A program made the position numbers and the translations under genes. The notes beneath the pieces are model-generated. The model worked only from the letters and a program-made list of their open reading frames with translations. It searched no databases and had not been told where the DNA came from. DNA of 63,193 bases, the filler included, from Nemertoderma westbladi (Eukaryota; Animalia; Xenacoelomorpha), in NCBI GenBank assembly GCA_032718475.1. It is 5 parts of 5 records of this genome, joined end to end, with 100 filler letters (N's around TTAATTAATTAA, not from the genome) between each part and the next. Parts side by side here need not be neighbours in the genome. Positions count along the whole stretch, not along the records: positions 22,544 to 40,567 come from JAUCBJ010006505.1; 4 more parts are not named here. One strand, written 5' to 3'. Position 1 is the first letter of the stretch; every line of letters starts with the position of its first letter. Positions 24,632 through 37,613 of the stretch are shown in pieces.

Positions 24632-25807
24632 ATAGCGAAGTGGCCCATTGCAGTGAGTACTCCGAAACTAACGAGCACTACAGGATCTAAAAACTGAAAA
24701 AGCGCAAATTGTAGACCTTCAGACTTATAGGCATACTCATTTATTTCATTTTCATTAATTTCAAGAGTCAAATTTATTATATTAAATTTGAAACATGTTG
24801 CGATACATAATTGTTCAATAACTGTCTTATTTGACTTATCTTATTCCATTGTGTTGGTTCAGTTAATAATTTACCATCAGTAGGTATTTTTCCTCGTTCA
24901 TATTCAGTAACAGCTCCAAAATCAAGACATATAAGTATTACTTCATCAAAATTTAGATCAAGAAGCTAAAATCATTGTTTTATACGTTTCCAAATTAAAT
25001 TTGCAGCCAATATTCATTGAGTTCGAGTAATTTCAAAATTTGTGATTAATGTCGCGATGGGATCATGGAATTACAAAACATAAGAATCACTTCATATCAC
25101 TATATGGAATGTTTTTAAAGAGATTTTAGTACAGTTTAAAAAGTACATTTTAATTTAGGCTAGAGATTGAAGAATATGTGACATGGGATGGCCATAAAGA
25201 TAATATAGATAGAGTATTTAGTATCAAGTACAGTATTTAGCCAATGAAGTTAATTCGAAATGGTCACAAATACCATAAATAACCATTTGTTTGCGTTTAT
25301 GGTTCTTTAGCTGTTACTGTTTTCTAACTAATAAATGTAACTAGAGTTCATAATTACGTATGCGACCACTTTGTGTTGGAAATAATTTTTTTATTAACTT
25401 GCAGCACTCTTTCTGATCCAATGCGGACCGGACCTTAAGTGTAAACTTTTGTTTGTATTTTAAATTTGTATAATCCTTTATAAACCACTACTTTAAATAC
25501 TTAAATTAATAAATTAAATAGTTAAAACCTTCTAGACAATATCATACTTGTATATCAGGAATGGACTAACTCAAAGCCTTAATGGTAAAAAATACCCTAC
25601 GGGCCTAATTATAGTCAGTTTCACATTAAGTCGATCATTTTTTGTTAGTAGCCATTGTAACTTAGCTTAATGTTACTTTTTGCATTAACTTTATGGTTAC
25701 CATCCTTCTTCTTCTTGACAGCATAATTTGTTATTCCCAATGAATGTGAATAAAGAGTGTTTAGGTTATATTAATTAAGGAGCATTCATTAGGACCTTGT
25801 CACTTAA

Positions 25808-26669
25808 GGGGGGGGGGGGGGGGGGTAGCGCATTTTCTGACCAAAAAGACGAATTTTTGAAACATATCCTATCTGATGCAGAATTTCATGCTGAATACCG
25901 ATGAATTCCAAATATGGAAACCGTTTTCAGATATCTTGCTTAGTTTTCGAGATATCTTGGATAGAAGATACTGGCTCCGATATATCGCGATATCGGTAAA
26001 GGCGATGAAGTTTGGGGTTTGCATTCAATTTCTGCAAATTTCTGTGCTCAGTGGTGCCAATTGGATGTCTCCACGAAAAAGAGCACACAATTTTAATTGA
26101 GAAGGTATTTTTTATGATTATTGGACCTACTGATCAGTTTATAAGACAACTTCAAGTCTCCGGAATACGAAACTGGACTCGAATAAGCGACTCTGCTGTC
26201 TTTGCGCGATTACACGGAATAGACTTATCAGTCATCGGAGATCTTCAAAATGTATAATCTCCAGTTCTAGTGGTCGTACGAAGTTCGTTTTAGGCTCATT
26301 CGAAAGCGTAGAGAACAAAGTTACCATTTGATTTAAGACAAAATGGTTGTAAAGCAACATAACATGAATTTGGGTAAAATATGCCTTGCAAATTTTGTTC
26401 AAGTTATGATTGCTCAGGCAGCTTTCAAGAGTTTGCCAAACCAAATGGTAACTTTGGTCTCTGAGAAAAGAGCTTTCGAATGAGCCCAAAACAAGTTGTA
26501 TTATAAACTGATCAGTAGGTCCAATAATCATAAAAAAAATACCGTCTCAATTAAAATTTTGTGCTCTTTCTCGTGGAGACATCCAATTAGCACCACTGAG
26601 CACAGAAATATGCAGAAATTGAATGCAAACCCCAAACTTCATCGCCTTTACCGATACCCCCCCCCCCCC
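25808..26669. mobile_element. Non-autonomous TIR element with TTAA TSD and poly-G/poly-C ends (Kolobok-like)
   Basis: TTAA at 25804-25807 and 26670-26673; ~160-bp inverted repeats 25990-26150 vs 26493-26656; a similar TTAA-G(n) start occurs at ~22304. Confidence 0.8.
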
Positions 26670-26676
26670 TTAAATA

Positions 26677-27376
26677 CACCATTCCCGGAATATAGTGTCG
26701 TTATTGAGGTACGGACTCCTGCCAAATATTTCTACAAATCTTACTGTGATTGCTTGAAATTTGAAATAGAGATAGTTTCACCTCCCTCCTCCTCCGTGGG
26801 TGAGCCAGAATGTTTATTTTTGCTTTCAATCTTTAGCTACAAGTGTTTGAAAAAGGTGTCTCCGGTGATATTTCACCAGTTCTTACAGTGCAATTATTCT
26901 TCAAAAACTATAATAAACGTTTGAATTTGGTTGGACTATTGCGTAGCTATTCATACATAAACAAAATGTTCTACAATATGGTGCTTTTTTATTTAATAGA
27001 ATAAATAAGGGCAACACCATGAAACTTTTGAACGCTGACATCTCACCTATTTTACAACGAAATTCAGATTATGTTACATATTTGGAATCCTCACATGGCC
27101 AGCTTTTCATCAGTACCAATATATCAATATAAGGTTGAAGAATAACTGCAGTGTAACTGGTATAATATCGCAGGAGACACTTTCTTCAAATGCTTGTAGC
27201 TAAAGATTGAAAGCAAAACTAAAAATTATCGCAAAACTAAAAAAGGCTCATCCACGGAGAAGGAGGGAGGTGAAACTGTATGTTTCAAATTTCATGTTTC
27301 ACTTGTAGACAAATTTTTTGCGTGGGGGGGGGGGGGGGGCAGGTACCTGAATAACGACACTATATTCCGGGGCATG
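26677..27376. mobile_element. MITE flanked by TA (Tc1/mariner-type)
   Basis: cccggaatatagtgtcgttatt / aataacgacactatattccggg termini; internal IR ttttgctttcaatctttagctacaag / cttgtagctaaagattgaaagcaaaa. Confidence 0.8.
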
Positions 27377-27656
27377 TATTGTTCGATGTAATGTAAATTG
27401 ATTTAGTAATGTAAAATTGTTGGTGAATGTCCTATAGAACGTCTGTCCAATCAGCACGTGTTGTTGGTATGTGTTGTTGGTTATTCCGTTCCGTTCCGTC
27501 CCGTTCCGTTCCGTTCCGTTCCGTTTCATTCGGGTAATAGTGCCATCTTGCAGTGTAGAAGAAGTAACAACTTATAAATAATAAATATTTTACCAATATT
27601 TAAAATAAATTTGTTTATAAAATGGTTGTGTTAAAATAATAAAAATAAATTAATAC

Positions 27657-27752
27657 CTGATTTGGTGTCCAACACATAAGAAAGAATGTACCAACAAGAA
27701 TGACCGTTTTGAGAACATTGGCTTTTGCTTTCTCGGCAAATCCTCCTTGATC
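27657..27752 (-). CDS. Rhodopsin-class GPCR exon (TM6)
   Basis: tttcag|DQGGFAEKAKANVLKTVILVGTFFLMCWTPNQ|gtatta; CWxP motif; phase 0-0 matches the preceding exon. Confidence 0.9.
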
Positions 27753-28278
27753 CTGAAATTACATTAGTTTCAGTAGATTAATATAATATATTTATATATA
27801 TATCGTCGGTAAAGAAACAACAACATAAAAAAGTCATTTAAAGTAAATCACAAATTTAGGTGGTAGGCCAGCTGATTGAATTATCAACAAGGGCGCAACA
27901 GGGCCGTCTCCAATGGGTCAGGCCCGCCTAATAATGCTCATAAAGCCAACTCTCTATGCATTCATTCGCCGTAGCTGTCTAAGAATGTCTATATACATTT
28001 AATTTCGCGACAAAACAATATCAAAAAACGAATTATATCGAATAACACACATAGAATCGATCTGAAATTTTGTAACCCAATTATCAACCACCAAAGCAAT
28101 GTACTTGCAAAATTTAATCAAGAAAGCTAGGTAGGAAGTGTGCGAAGCTGCACTTCCGGTATATGGATAGCTATATTCCTCACTTATAATTTATTCTGTC
28201 AGTAACTATCCCTGCTCTTTATGCGGGCTCCTAATCACAATTAAATTATCAACTCAAGCCCAATTCAATTAGTTAATA

Positions 28279-28490
28279 CTAGAAACGCAACGCAAGCGTT
28301 GCGGTAAGGAGCTTTTTTCACCGAGTTAGGAAGACCCTGAAATTGGTAAGGTTTTTTGTATATTTTCGGTTTGTTTACCGTCGATTGGATCAACATTTCC
28401 GAGAGCTGGACTAGAATTATATATCCCGACATCGCGGCACCTTTATTAGTATGTATGTGTGTGGATATGTTTGTGGTTCCACTATAGTAA
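28279..28490 (-). mobile_element. Non-autonomous Helitron-like 3' end
   Basis: Minus strand cgcaacgc-tt-gcgttgcg hairpin then tttCTAG followed by T at 28278; 5' extent approximate. Confidence 0.55.
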
Positions 28491-29293
28491 TTCAGGGCCT
28501 TGAAATCAACTTCAAGGTCACCTTGAAACTCAAGTTTTACATTGACTAAGGTTTTCTTGAGTTTCAGTCAAGCGGATAACTCAAAGCAATACTTAGTCAA
28601 GGTGAAACTTGAAATTTCAAGTTTACCTTGAGGAAAATCTGAAATCTACCTTAAGGTTGACATTGAAATTTTTCAGATAGGAATACTAGTAAAATAGATT
28701 CAAGGTTAGTTTCAAGGTGAATCTCAACATTACTCGGCCCAGGGCTCCAGCCTATTCGAACGTCTTGCAGTATATAAATAAATGTACCTGTAGGGACTGT
28801 TTACCCTCGCTGGATTCGCAGGCATAGGGCACACTTGTCCTTCTTTGGTATATGAATGGAAATATCATATTCTTTAAATATATCCCAAAACTTCGATTCT
28901 GTTAGAATCTGTTCATCTCTGGGTCTGTCCATCAGTGTACATTCTGAATATATTAGCTACAGAGGTCAGTTCTTGATGGGAATTTTTTTGCTCCAAATCT
29001 TATGGCAATACTGAGATGGGACTGCTGGCAAGTGGCGACAATTCAACGAAGCTTCTAGCTCTCGTTTTGGTCTCAGTGTTTGTTTTTAGGTGTGGTTGAT
29101 GTCGCCCCATTTGGTGACTTTTCACTGTCAATGCAGGATGCTGCACGCACATCTCATTTCCCTTTTGCCAATCCTAATGTCTAAGGTAAGTCTCTGTTTG
29201 CGGTCACTTTGTGCCATTAACTCGTATATTTGTAACGTGTACATGTATATTATAATTCGCATTGTAGTTTTGTGCTGTTTTTATTACACTCAC

Positions 29294-29433
29294 CTTAGTC
29301 GTGTGTTTACTAGCACTGCTTCTTAGCTTCATAAATATGGAACCATAGCAGTAGAGAAGTATGGTTAGCGGGATGACGTAGTTTATGAGAATGAAGTATA
29401 TGTTGATTAGTAGAACGCACAGCGAACAAAATC
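29294..29433 (-). CDS. Rhodopsin-class GPCR exon (TM5)
   Basis: tttcaag|(G)FCSLCVLLINIYFILINYVIPLTILLYCYGSIFMKLRSSASKHTTK|gtgagt; P..I...CY..I...L pattern; phase 1-0. Confidence 0.9.
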
Positions 29434-30013
29434 CTTGAAAATCAAATATATTATATATATAATTAATTATATAATATTAACTAATTAACTATATATATAT
29501 TATACTATATATTAACTAATTAACTATATTATATATTATACTATATATTAACTAATTAACTATATTATATATTATACTATATATTAACTATATTAATTGT
29601 TATATAAGTGTTACTTCATTTGGCAACAGCATAATTCAGAATTATTATTTAATAATAACGCATAATATTATTAAAAAAATGAAAATAGGTGGAAAAATAT
29701 AAACAAATTTAGTTTACTTACATTGATTTTCAACACACCAATTTTAAAATTTTTAAAATATATGTGTCATATAATATATTGCTACTTCTTTCGTTTTGGA
29801 CAGTCAATAAAGCGAAAGCGAATTAAATCACTTTCTTAGATGGAAATGCGATATTTGGTAGTGAATTTACCATATCGCAGTAGCCTTGACAGGCTAAAAA
29901 GCCCTTTGTTCGGACACTGACACTGATGACATAATCAGTAATTGAGAAGGGAGAACATTAAACAGCTCATAGAGAAGTTACGAATATCCATCATGTGAAC
30001 AGTATAAATGCAA

Positions 30014-33000
30014 CTACTACTACTAGGTCGAGCGAACTCGGACAGTGGAAATGAGATCCTTCCAGGCTTCCCGATTCTCCATAGTTGTCGCAATTTCGTT
30101 TCTCCCAAGTTCAGTATCCCTTTCAAGTTGATCTATATATGTTATGGCAGGTCGTCCACGACTACGCTTTCCATGAGTTGGTTGCCAGAGAAGTAGATCT
30201 GGTATGACCTCGTCTTTACTTCGCCAGCAGTGCCCACTGAATCTTAATCTGCGTTCACGGAGGGTGGTTGATACAGGTGGTATTGTACCATAAAGCTCGG
30301 CGTTTGTCATGTGTTGTCTCCAGCTGATGTTTAGGGCTGCCCTTAGTAGTCTTGTGTAGCAACCATCAATTCGTTGTTCAAGTGATTTAGTCAGTGTCCA
30401 GGTCTCACCCCCGTATAAAAATACACTTTCCACTGTGGCTCGAAAGAACTTAGTCTTCAGGTGCCTGGAGAGATCTGATTTCCAGATGGTATCCATTTTT
30501 GATAGAGCTACCCAAGCCTTTGCTTTCCTAACTTCTATGTCCTTTTTGCTACTCTCTATCCATGATCCAAGGTACTGGAAGTCATCGACCTTCCTTAGTT
30601 GATTATTATCAATGGTTGTCAAGTTTCCATCAACATTAAAGGTCATGAATTCGGTCTTGGTAGCATTTATATGCAATCCAACCTCCTTAGCAGCCCTCTC
30701 CACTTTATTTAGTAGAAGCTGTGCATCTGCTAGCGTATTAGAGAGCAGGGCGATGTCATCCGCAAAGTCGGTGTCTGTGACTGTAGTTGCCGGATATCTA
30801 CTACTTCTGCGTTCTTGAAGTGTGAATCCCAGATCTTCACCCTTTGTGGCCGTCCTCATTGCGTTATCCAGCACAATTACAAATAGTAATGGTGCTAATG
30901 TGTCACCTTGCAGTACGCCAGCCAGGATTGAGAAAAACTCAGTTTCACCATCTGGTGAGAGTACCTGCGCTTCTGTGTCACAATATAACAATCCAATGCC
31001 AGCAACAATTACTTCTGGTATTCCATAAGCTCTTAGGATTTCAAGCATTTTACCTCTATGGATGGAGTCGAATGCCTTCTTGAAGTCCACAAAAGTCATG
31101 ACTGCGGGGAGATTCTTTGACTTAATTCCTTCAATCAGTCTCCGTAGTGCAAGTATCTGAGCTATTGTTGATCTACTTGGTCGAAATCCGTTTTGGCTCT
31201 TACGCAGTAGTTTCTCTATGTGAGGCCTAATCCTATATAGAATCATTTTATTGTATATTTTGGCAGCTACCACAAGCAGACAGATCCCACGATAGTTTGT
31301 TGGTATGCCGAGGTCTCCTTTCTTGGGGAGAGGCTTTAGTTGACCTTTAGTCCAAATTGGTGGTGGCTTTTCCCCTTTTAACATCCGGTTGCAAACATTC
31401 AATAATGGTCTATTTAGCACTCCGGTTTTCCATACCTCCGCTGGGATTTCATCTAATCCACTCGCTTTATTATTGGACATGCTTTTAATGCTTCTTTGGA
31501 GTTCGGCAGGTGTGAAGTCCCCTGTTTCTATAGGTAGTGTCTTGTCATATATTTTCCTTGTAGGGCTGACCTCGATGTTTGGTGGCTGCCCAAGCAAGTT
31601 GCTGAAGTGATTTTTCCACTTCCCAACACGTTCTTCAGGACTATCGGCTTTGAGGCGCCCCTTTGCACAACTTTTCCGACCAGATACCTCATTTACAGTT
31701 TGCCAGGTAAGTCTTGATTGTTGCTGTATGTGAGCAGTTGTAATTGCTTCAGTTTTATCCTGTATGTACTTTTCCTGGCTGATGTTGTAGGCCAATTTAA
31801 GATCGTCCTTAGCTTTCTCAACCTTGTTAATGTTTTCGGTTGTTGGTTGTTCGGTTTTAACTTTGTAGGCTATCTTAAGATCTTCTCTCTTACAAGTAAC
31901 CTCAGAGTTTTGCCATGGCACATACTGTTTTCGTTTAGGTTTCTGGGGGATATGCCTCTTAGCTGATTCCTTGTGGGCTGTTATTATATTCTGGTATATT
32001 GAATCGGTGGATTGGTCTTCATCCATTGACTGAAGTGCTTCAAAGCGGTTTTGAACTTCTACTGTATAAGCATCCTTTACAGCATTGTCAGTTCTGAGTT
32101 TCTCCCAGTCATAGTTGATTTGCTTGCTTGTCCTGGGTTTGCTGGCTCTCAAACTGAGTCTGATCTCTGCAGTCACAATTCTGTGGTCCGAACCAATTAG
32201 GTTGAACGAGCTGTATGCCTCGCAGTTGATCATGCTATTTCTCCACTTTTTGTTTATAAGGATGTAATCCAGTTGTGCTTTGGTTCCATTAGGGTATTGA
32301 AAGGTCCATAGCTTCCCCTTACTCTTTTCGAATGTGTTGTTTGTTGGTATCAATTCACATTCTTCCATTAGGTCTAAAAGTAAGTACCCATTTCTGTTAG
32401 AACTGGTGTTATAGGTGTAACCCTTGATGTCTTCTGGGCCAATTTGCGCATTCAGGTCACCAGCAAATAATTGCGTTTCGGGATGTCCTTAATAAGTCCA
32501 GTCAGTTCTTCATAAAACTTGACTGCTTGTTCTGTTGTCCGTTAACTGTTGTCTTGGGATTCCCATCAAATGTTGCGATCATAACCCTGGAATTTATAGA
32601 TTCGATGTTGTTTAGGGTCTTAAGTGCAAATGGGCTTAGCAGAATTCCTACTCCACCAATTGATGCATTGGCCGAGTTTCTTACTGCTGAGCTTGTTACT
32701 AACGTCCATCCATTTCCAATGTCATTGTACTTCATGGCAGTGTCTTCATGACAAATCCGATGTTCTTGGATGCAGATGATGTCGATGTTATATTCCATTG
32801 CCAGAGCGACCATGTCACCATGTTTGCTCTGTGCTTTCAGCGTGCGTGCGTTCATTGTAGCAATCTTTAGTGTCTTTTTACATTTCAACAGGTTGGTTCT
32901 TCTTTCTTCTCTGTCTTCTGTTCCAGTAGCCAATTTATCGACCCCAGCCTGGTGTACCACTGAGGGACGCGGTCCTTGTTGACCCGGGCGACGACCGAGC

Positions 33001-33533
33001 CGGTATTTCTCCTGGAGGGTTGGTTCTCATACTCATATCTTTCAGTTGCGGGAGTAAACCGCTTGTGGTCGCAACTCCTACAAGCGTCTTTGCAGTAGGT
33101 CGCCATTGGTTGATTACCTTCCGCCGACCTTGTCAGCATGTCTAGCCGTTGGTTGATTACCTTCCGCCTATTCATGGCCTACAGCCCTGCTGCCGACTGT
33201 AGGGGTCCATTTGTTACACCCTGAACCAAGTGTGCCTCCTGGGTTAGGTTACCTAACACTGGTAGAGGAGCATCCAGTATAGACAGGGCGGGGCTTGTAT
33301 CATCTCTAATGCAGATGCGTATCAAGCCTTTGCCTTCAATGGTGCCCTAGGCGCTATAGCCCTCAATGACTTATTTAGTTGACGGGGCTGAACCAACCCA
33401 CTCTTGATCAACTAAATAATGAATAGGCTATGCTTATCGGGCGTGCCCTACTGGGCTGACAGCTACAGGTAGTACCACATTACTGTAATAGTGGTAGCAG
33501 GATCTGGGGACTTGACCTGACCTGACCTTTTAA
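30014..33533 (-). mobile_element. Full-length RTE LINE (family RTE-A): APE endonuclease + RT, frameshifted near 32400-32500
   Basis: IATMNARTL, IICIQEHR, QLDYIL, GSDHRIV; NYRGI, QNGFR, FVDFKKAFDS, GVLQGDTLAP, FADD; (TAG)n tail at 30014-30025; candidate TSD ATAAATGCAA at 30004-30013 and 33542-33551. Confidence 0.96.
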
Positions 33534-34099
33534 ATAAATGCATAAATGCAAAGAAATTATTAAAATAATTTATTGCCAATTCACTTGTAATGTATAAGTT
33601 CAAAAAGTAAAATCAGTTGAGTTATTCTTATTATTGTCCAGTCATCGTATCATAAATATCATAAATCCAAAAGAAACTCTCAATCAACCCAAAGCAAATT
33701 TGGAGCTATGTTACCTATTTATTGCACAAAAAGTCTACCATGTCTAGTAAGAAGCAAAATATTAGTCATATTACAGATTAATATATTCATTTGCTGTCAA
33801 TTAATGCTACCTTGGGTCATAGATACTGAGTTTGGCAGCATGTTCTAACAATCACCAGCTAATTTAGCTAATTTCCGTGACCGGTTACTCAAGGAAATGT
33901 GACTTCAGAACTAAGCCGACCTTGGTCAGGGTATGGCTGACCAAAGTGATAAGAAATAGTGGTTCCAGTTGCCAGTTGGTAATCAATGTTTCTGTATAAA
34001 TAACGGCGCAAATGTAATTTTATATCTTGATATTTGTATGTTGAGTGATCTCTGACAGCGGAAATGTGATCCTTTCAGGATTCCCGATTCTGTATGCAG

Positions 34100-34280
34100 T
34101 GCCCAGCACATTCTACCTTTGAATCGCAGTCTATGTTCACATAGAGTAGTTGATATAAATGCTTTTGTACCATAAAGCTCGTGTTTGTCATGTGTTGTCT
34201 CCAACAGATTTGTAGAGCTGCCATTAATAGTCTTGTCTAACAACCATAAATTCCTTGTTAAGTGATTTCGTCAGTGGCTA
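34100..34280 (-). mobile_element. Old degenerate RTE-A 3' fragment
   Basis: gtaccataaagctcg.gtttgtcatgtgttgtctcca and aaccat.aatt.cttgtt.aagtgattt match ~30285-30395. Confidence 0.75.
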
Positions 34281-34857
34281 CACCACCCCCCCCCCCCCCC
34301 CCCCCCCCCGCCCCAGCTCGAGACATGCCTATACCACCGTTCGAACTCGGGTGCAATTACAAAGGGTGGTTGCATGACTTGCATATATTGTTACATCAGT
34401 ACACTATATATTAGCAATGGGAACTACAAACCACCCTCTTCAGTTATTCCTTACTCGATAGTGAATTGTCCACACTTTCTTTCATTGACAGATTGTTATT
34501 AATAAACAAAACACCCAGAGGTATTTACATCGATCTCTGGTTTTAAATTTATTAATATATTGAAAATTTCATCACAAATACACAAATTCAGCAGTACAAT
34601 TATTTATTGAACTTACACATTAGAATACTTTATCGATTAAGGGAATTTATTTATTTTATGAAGATGTACTGGACAGGTAACTTAATAATATATTTTAAAT
34701 TAAATTCAGCCTCGAATTTCTAGTGTTAATTTAATTTCAGTCTATAACTGCTAATTTCAGCTGTCGAAAATCAAATCCAGCTTGATATCAACATTCTACA
34801 ACAATCTGTAATGGGACATACATTCTTGGTAACCTCATTTTTCGCAACTAATATTAC

Positions 34858-35030
34858 CTTCGTGACCTTTCGTTCCAATTGGAAATTCGCAAGCTGTTCC
34901 TCTATCCTCGATAGCAATACCTTCTATTCCGCTGTACGATATGGATACCCAGTAAGGAGTTTGGCTCGCAATCGAAATCACCAACACAAGACTGCATGCA
35001 CGGCGACCGTAGGTTACTTTCACTTTGTTT
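34858..35030 (-). CDS. Rhodopsin-class GPCR exon (ICL2-TM4-ECL2)
   Basis: tttccag|(R)NKVKVTYGRRACSLVLVISIASQTPYWVSISYSGIEGIAIEDRGTACEFPIGTKGHE(G)|gtaata; phase 2-1 joins both neighbours in frame; ECL2 Cys. Confidence 0.85.
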
Positions 35031-36609
35031 CTGGAAAATATTTATTTACAATATATAAGTTAATACTTTCAGTATTCTTGTAACAAAACTAATGTGACTT
35101 GCGTGCGTGTATCACTGGATTACTGGGTCGGTGAATTAATATTTAAATTTACTATTTATTAAAATTACTATATATTTAACCAGAAAACTACCTAAGATTG
35201 TTTTATCTCAAAACCACAAGGGCAGAGAATAAAATGGCAATTATTTTACACGAAAATGCAACTTTTATCTGATAGACTGCCACCCAGGCCTATAAGGAGA
35301 CTGTAACTATAATAATAACGATAATAATCGGTTTCAAGTTAATGTAGTGGAATGCGATGAAATACATAACTCTTAATTTCTTGTGGAATTAAATTTGAAA
35401 AACTCAAATCAACAAAAAAATATTAATCCGAGAATCTAACCTCACTGTTTAAAGTTACCATGCAAATTATCTATCTATCTAAAATTGGCAAGCTGCATTA
35501 CAGCTACATTAAGAATGCTATGCCATCTGATCGACAATATTGTGCTGATTCAACTTCTATCCCCCATTACTTTCGCGAGATAATCCGCATCTCCATGAGA
35601 CCTCCAAATCCTGCAACCTGCACAGACTGACCGAACACAGACTACACAGACTGACGGCCGGCGAAGATAATGTTAATACCAGCGGAGTAATGCAATATTT
35701 CGAATAAATTATATTTTGAGTTGAAAGAATATGTTTGGCGGTTAAGAAGAAGGTTAAGGCTCACAGCATGAGAATACCTACCTACTGCGTGGGCTAGCAA
35801 TACCCCCTGGTTACCCAACCCATTCGTTTTCTTGCAAATTTAACATTGTATGCTTGTAGGTCTTCAAGTGGTCTATCATACAACCATCACTACTGTACCT
35901 CTCCGGTTTGAGAGAAAAATTACTCCTTTAAATTTAAAATAAGCAAACTCTGCTACTAACTTCATTGCATTTTAACCAATGAAGAAGGAACCACTATTAT
36001 CCTGAAGATTTGTAATAACTTCTTCAAATTATATAATTGCTTCATCAGTTTTTAGAGAAATATTCATCACCTTGTTTATGGATTCCAAAGGCAAAAGCCT
36101 CCGATCATGTAACTCCACTATACCATGTTGCAATGTTTGATAAGGACTGGAAAAGTAACATCCACAAGATACTGAATAATCCAAACATCCAGGTTTTGTT
36201 ATTGTAATTGTCCATATAGTTTTCTATTAACAGGTTCGAGATTCCTATGACAGAATCAGATAGGGTCATATCAAAACATCTTGCCACAAGGAGATGTTAT
36301 CCTCTGGTACACAAACTAGCCTTCCACACTGCATTTACAAGCAGATGCACTAAACCATGTATCTGCTTTGCTAATGGAAAGAAGAATCTCCCGAATGCAT
36401 TACCTGATGTATGTTCGCCGTCAGTTGAGAAGTGTGTCTTTGATGATGATTCACCTAAAAGCAGAATGATTCTACTAAGATCGCTCCTGTTTAGAAGGAA
36501 TGAGGATGCCTCCTGGGCCTATCCTGAGAAGATCACCTTCAAATCAAATAGAGGAACACAATATGACTGGGTTTCCCATATGACTGCATGGTGCTGTGGT
36601 GGGGTGCTG

Positions 36610-37613
36610 TTTGAAGTGTTATGGGGCGTCCTCCAAGGAGACACACTTGCACCATTCTTGTTCATTATTGTGGTTGACTATGTTCTACGCATGTCCTTAG
36701 ATCATCATAATGATGATGGGGTGATGATAACTCTACCTACTGGCTCCAGAAGTCGAGGAAATCCTGCCAAGTACCTAACTGATCTAGACTTTGCTGATGA
36801 CTTAGGAGTACTCTCAGAATCATTAGAGGGAGCCCAACGGCTCCTCAGCTCATTAGAACATGCTGCTTCTAGTGTTGGTCTTTTTATTAACTCCAGAAAG
36901 ACCAAAATTCTGACTGTTAACTTTGAAAGTCCTCAGCAAGTCCCTGATCGGATGAGCATAAGCTCAAAGGATGGTATGCTTGAGCATGTGGACGACTTCT
37001 GTTACCTGGGATCATGGATCCGGAAGTCAGGTGAGGACCTTCGAATACGTAAGGGAAAGGCATGGACAGCCTTGAATAGGCTTTCCAGGATTTGGAAATC
37101 ACCGAGAATTAATCGGAAACTTAAGGTCCGATTATTTAGAGCAGCAGTAGTTCCAGTACTCCTCTACGGGAGTCCATGCTGGGCTCTAACTGCTGAGGAC
37201 ACCAAATCTCTGGATGGCACATTCACAAGAATGCTACGCCGGGTTCATTGTGTCAAGTACAATGCACACATCTCCAACCAGACACTATATAACATTGGAG
37301 GTGTCTCATTGGTTCCCCCAAGCTTGACACTAGAACAAAATCGCCTCCGCTTTGCAGGACATTGCTTTCGCCGTGAGGACCAGCCAGTGCATAATCTTGT
37401 ACTTTGGCAGCCTCATGGAGTGAATAAGCATGGTGGACAGCCCATGACTTTCTTGAGACGCATCTTAAAGGACACTGGCCTTAAAGATGCGGATGATCTA
37501 GCAAATGTCATGGGTGATAGGGAGTTGTGGCGGTGCAATTTTGTTGACAAGCCGGCACAGCATTCTTAAAAATGCAGCTGCAATGCAGCATGCCGATCCT
37601 AGTAGTAGTAGTA
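36610..37613 (+). mobile_element. 5'-truncated RTE LINE (family RTE-B)
   Basis: GVLQGDTLAP, LDFADD, FCYLGSWI, RLRFAGHC; near-identical to 60824-61820; (TAG)n tail. Confidence 0.95.

Noticed and set aside
25300-25480. Possible GPCR TM7/helix-8 exon (VVAYVIMNSSYIY; NLKYKQKF)
   Set aside because: No NPxxY, the pieces are in different frames and the wrong order, and splice support is weak
36247-36609. Novel N-terminal domain on a reverse transcriptase
   Set aside because: The 60590 copy shows the true RT sequence upstream of this point; the 121 codons are unrelated flank
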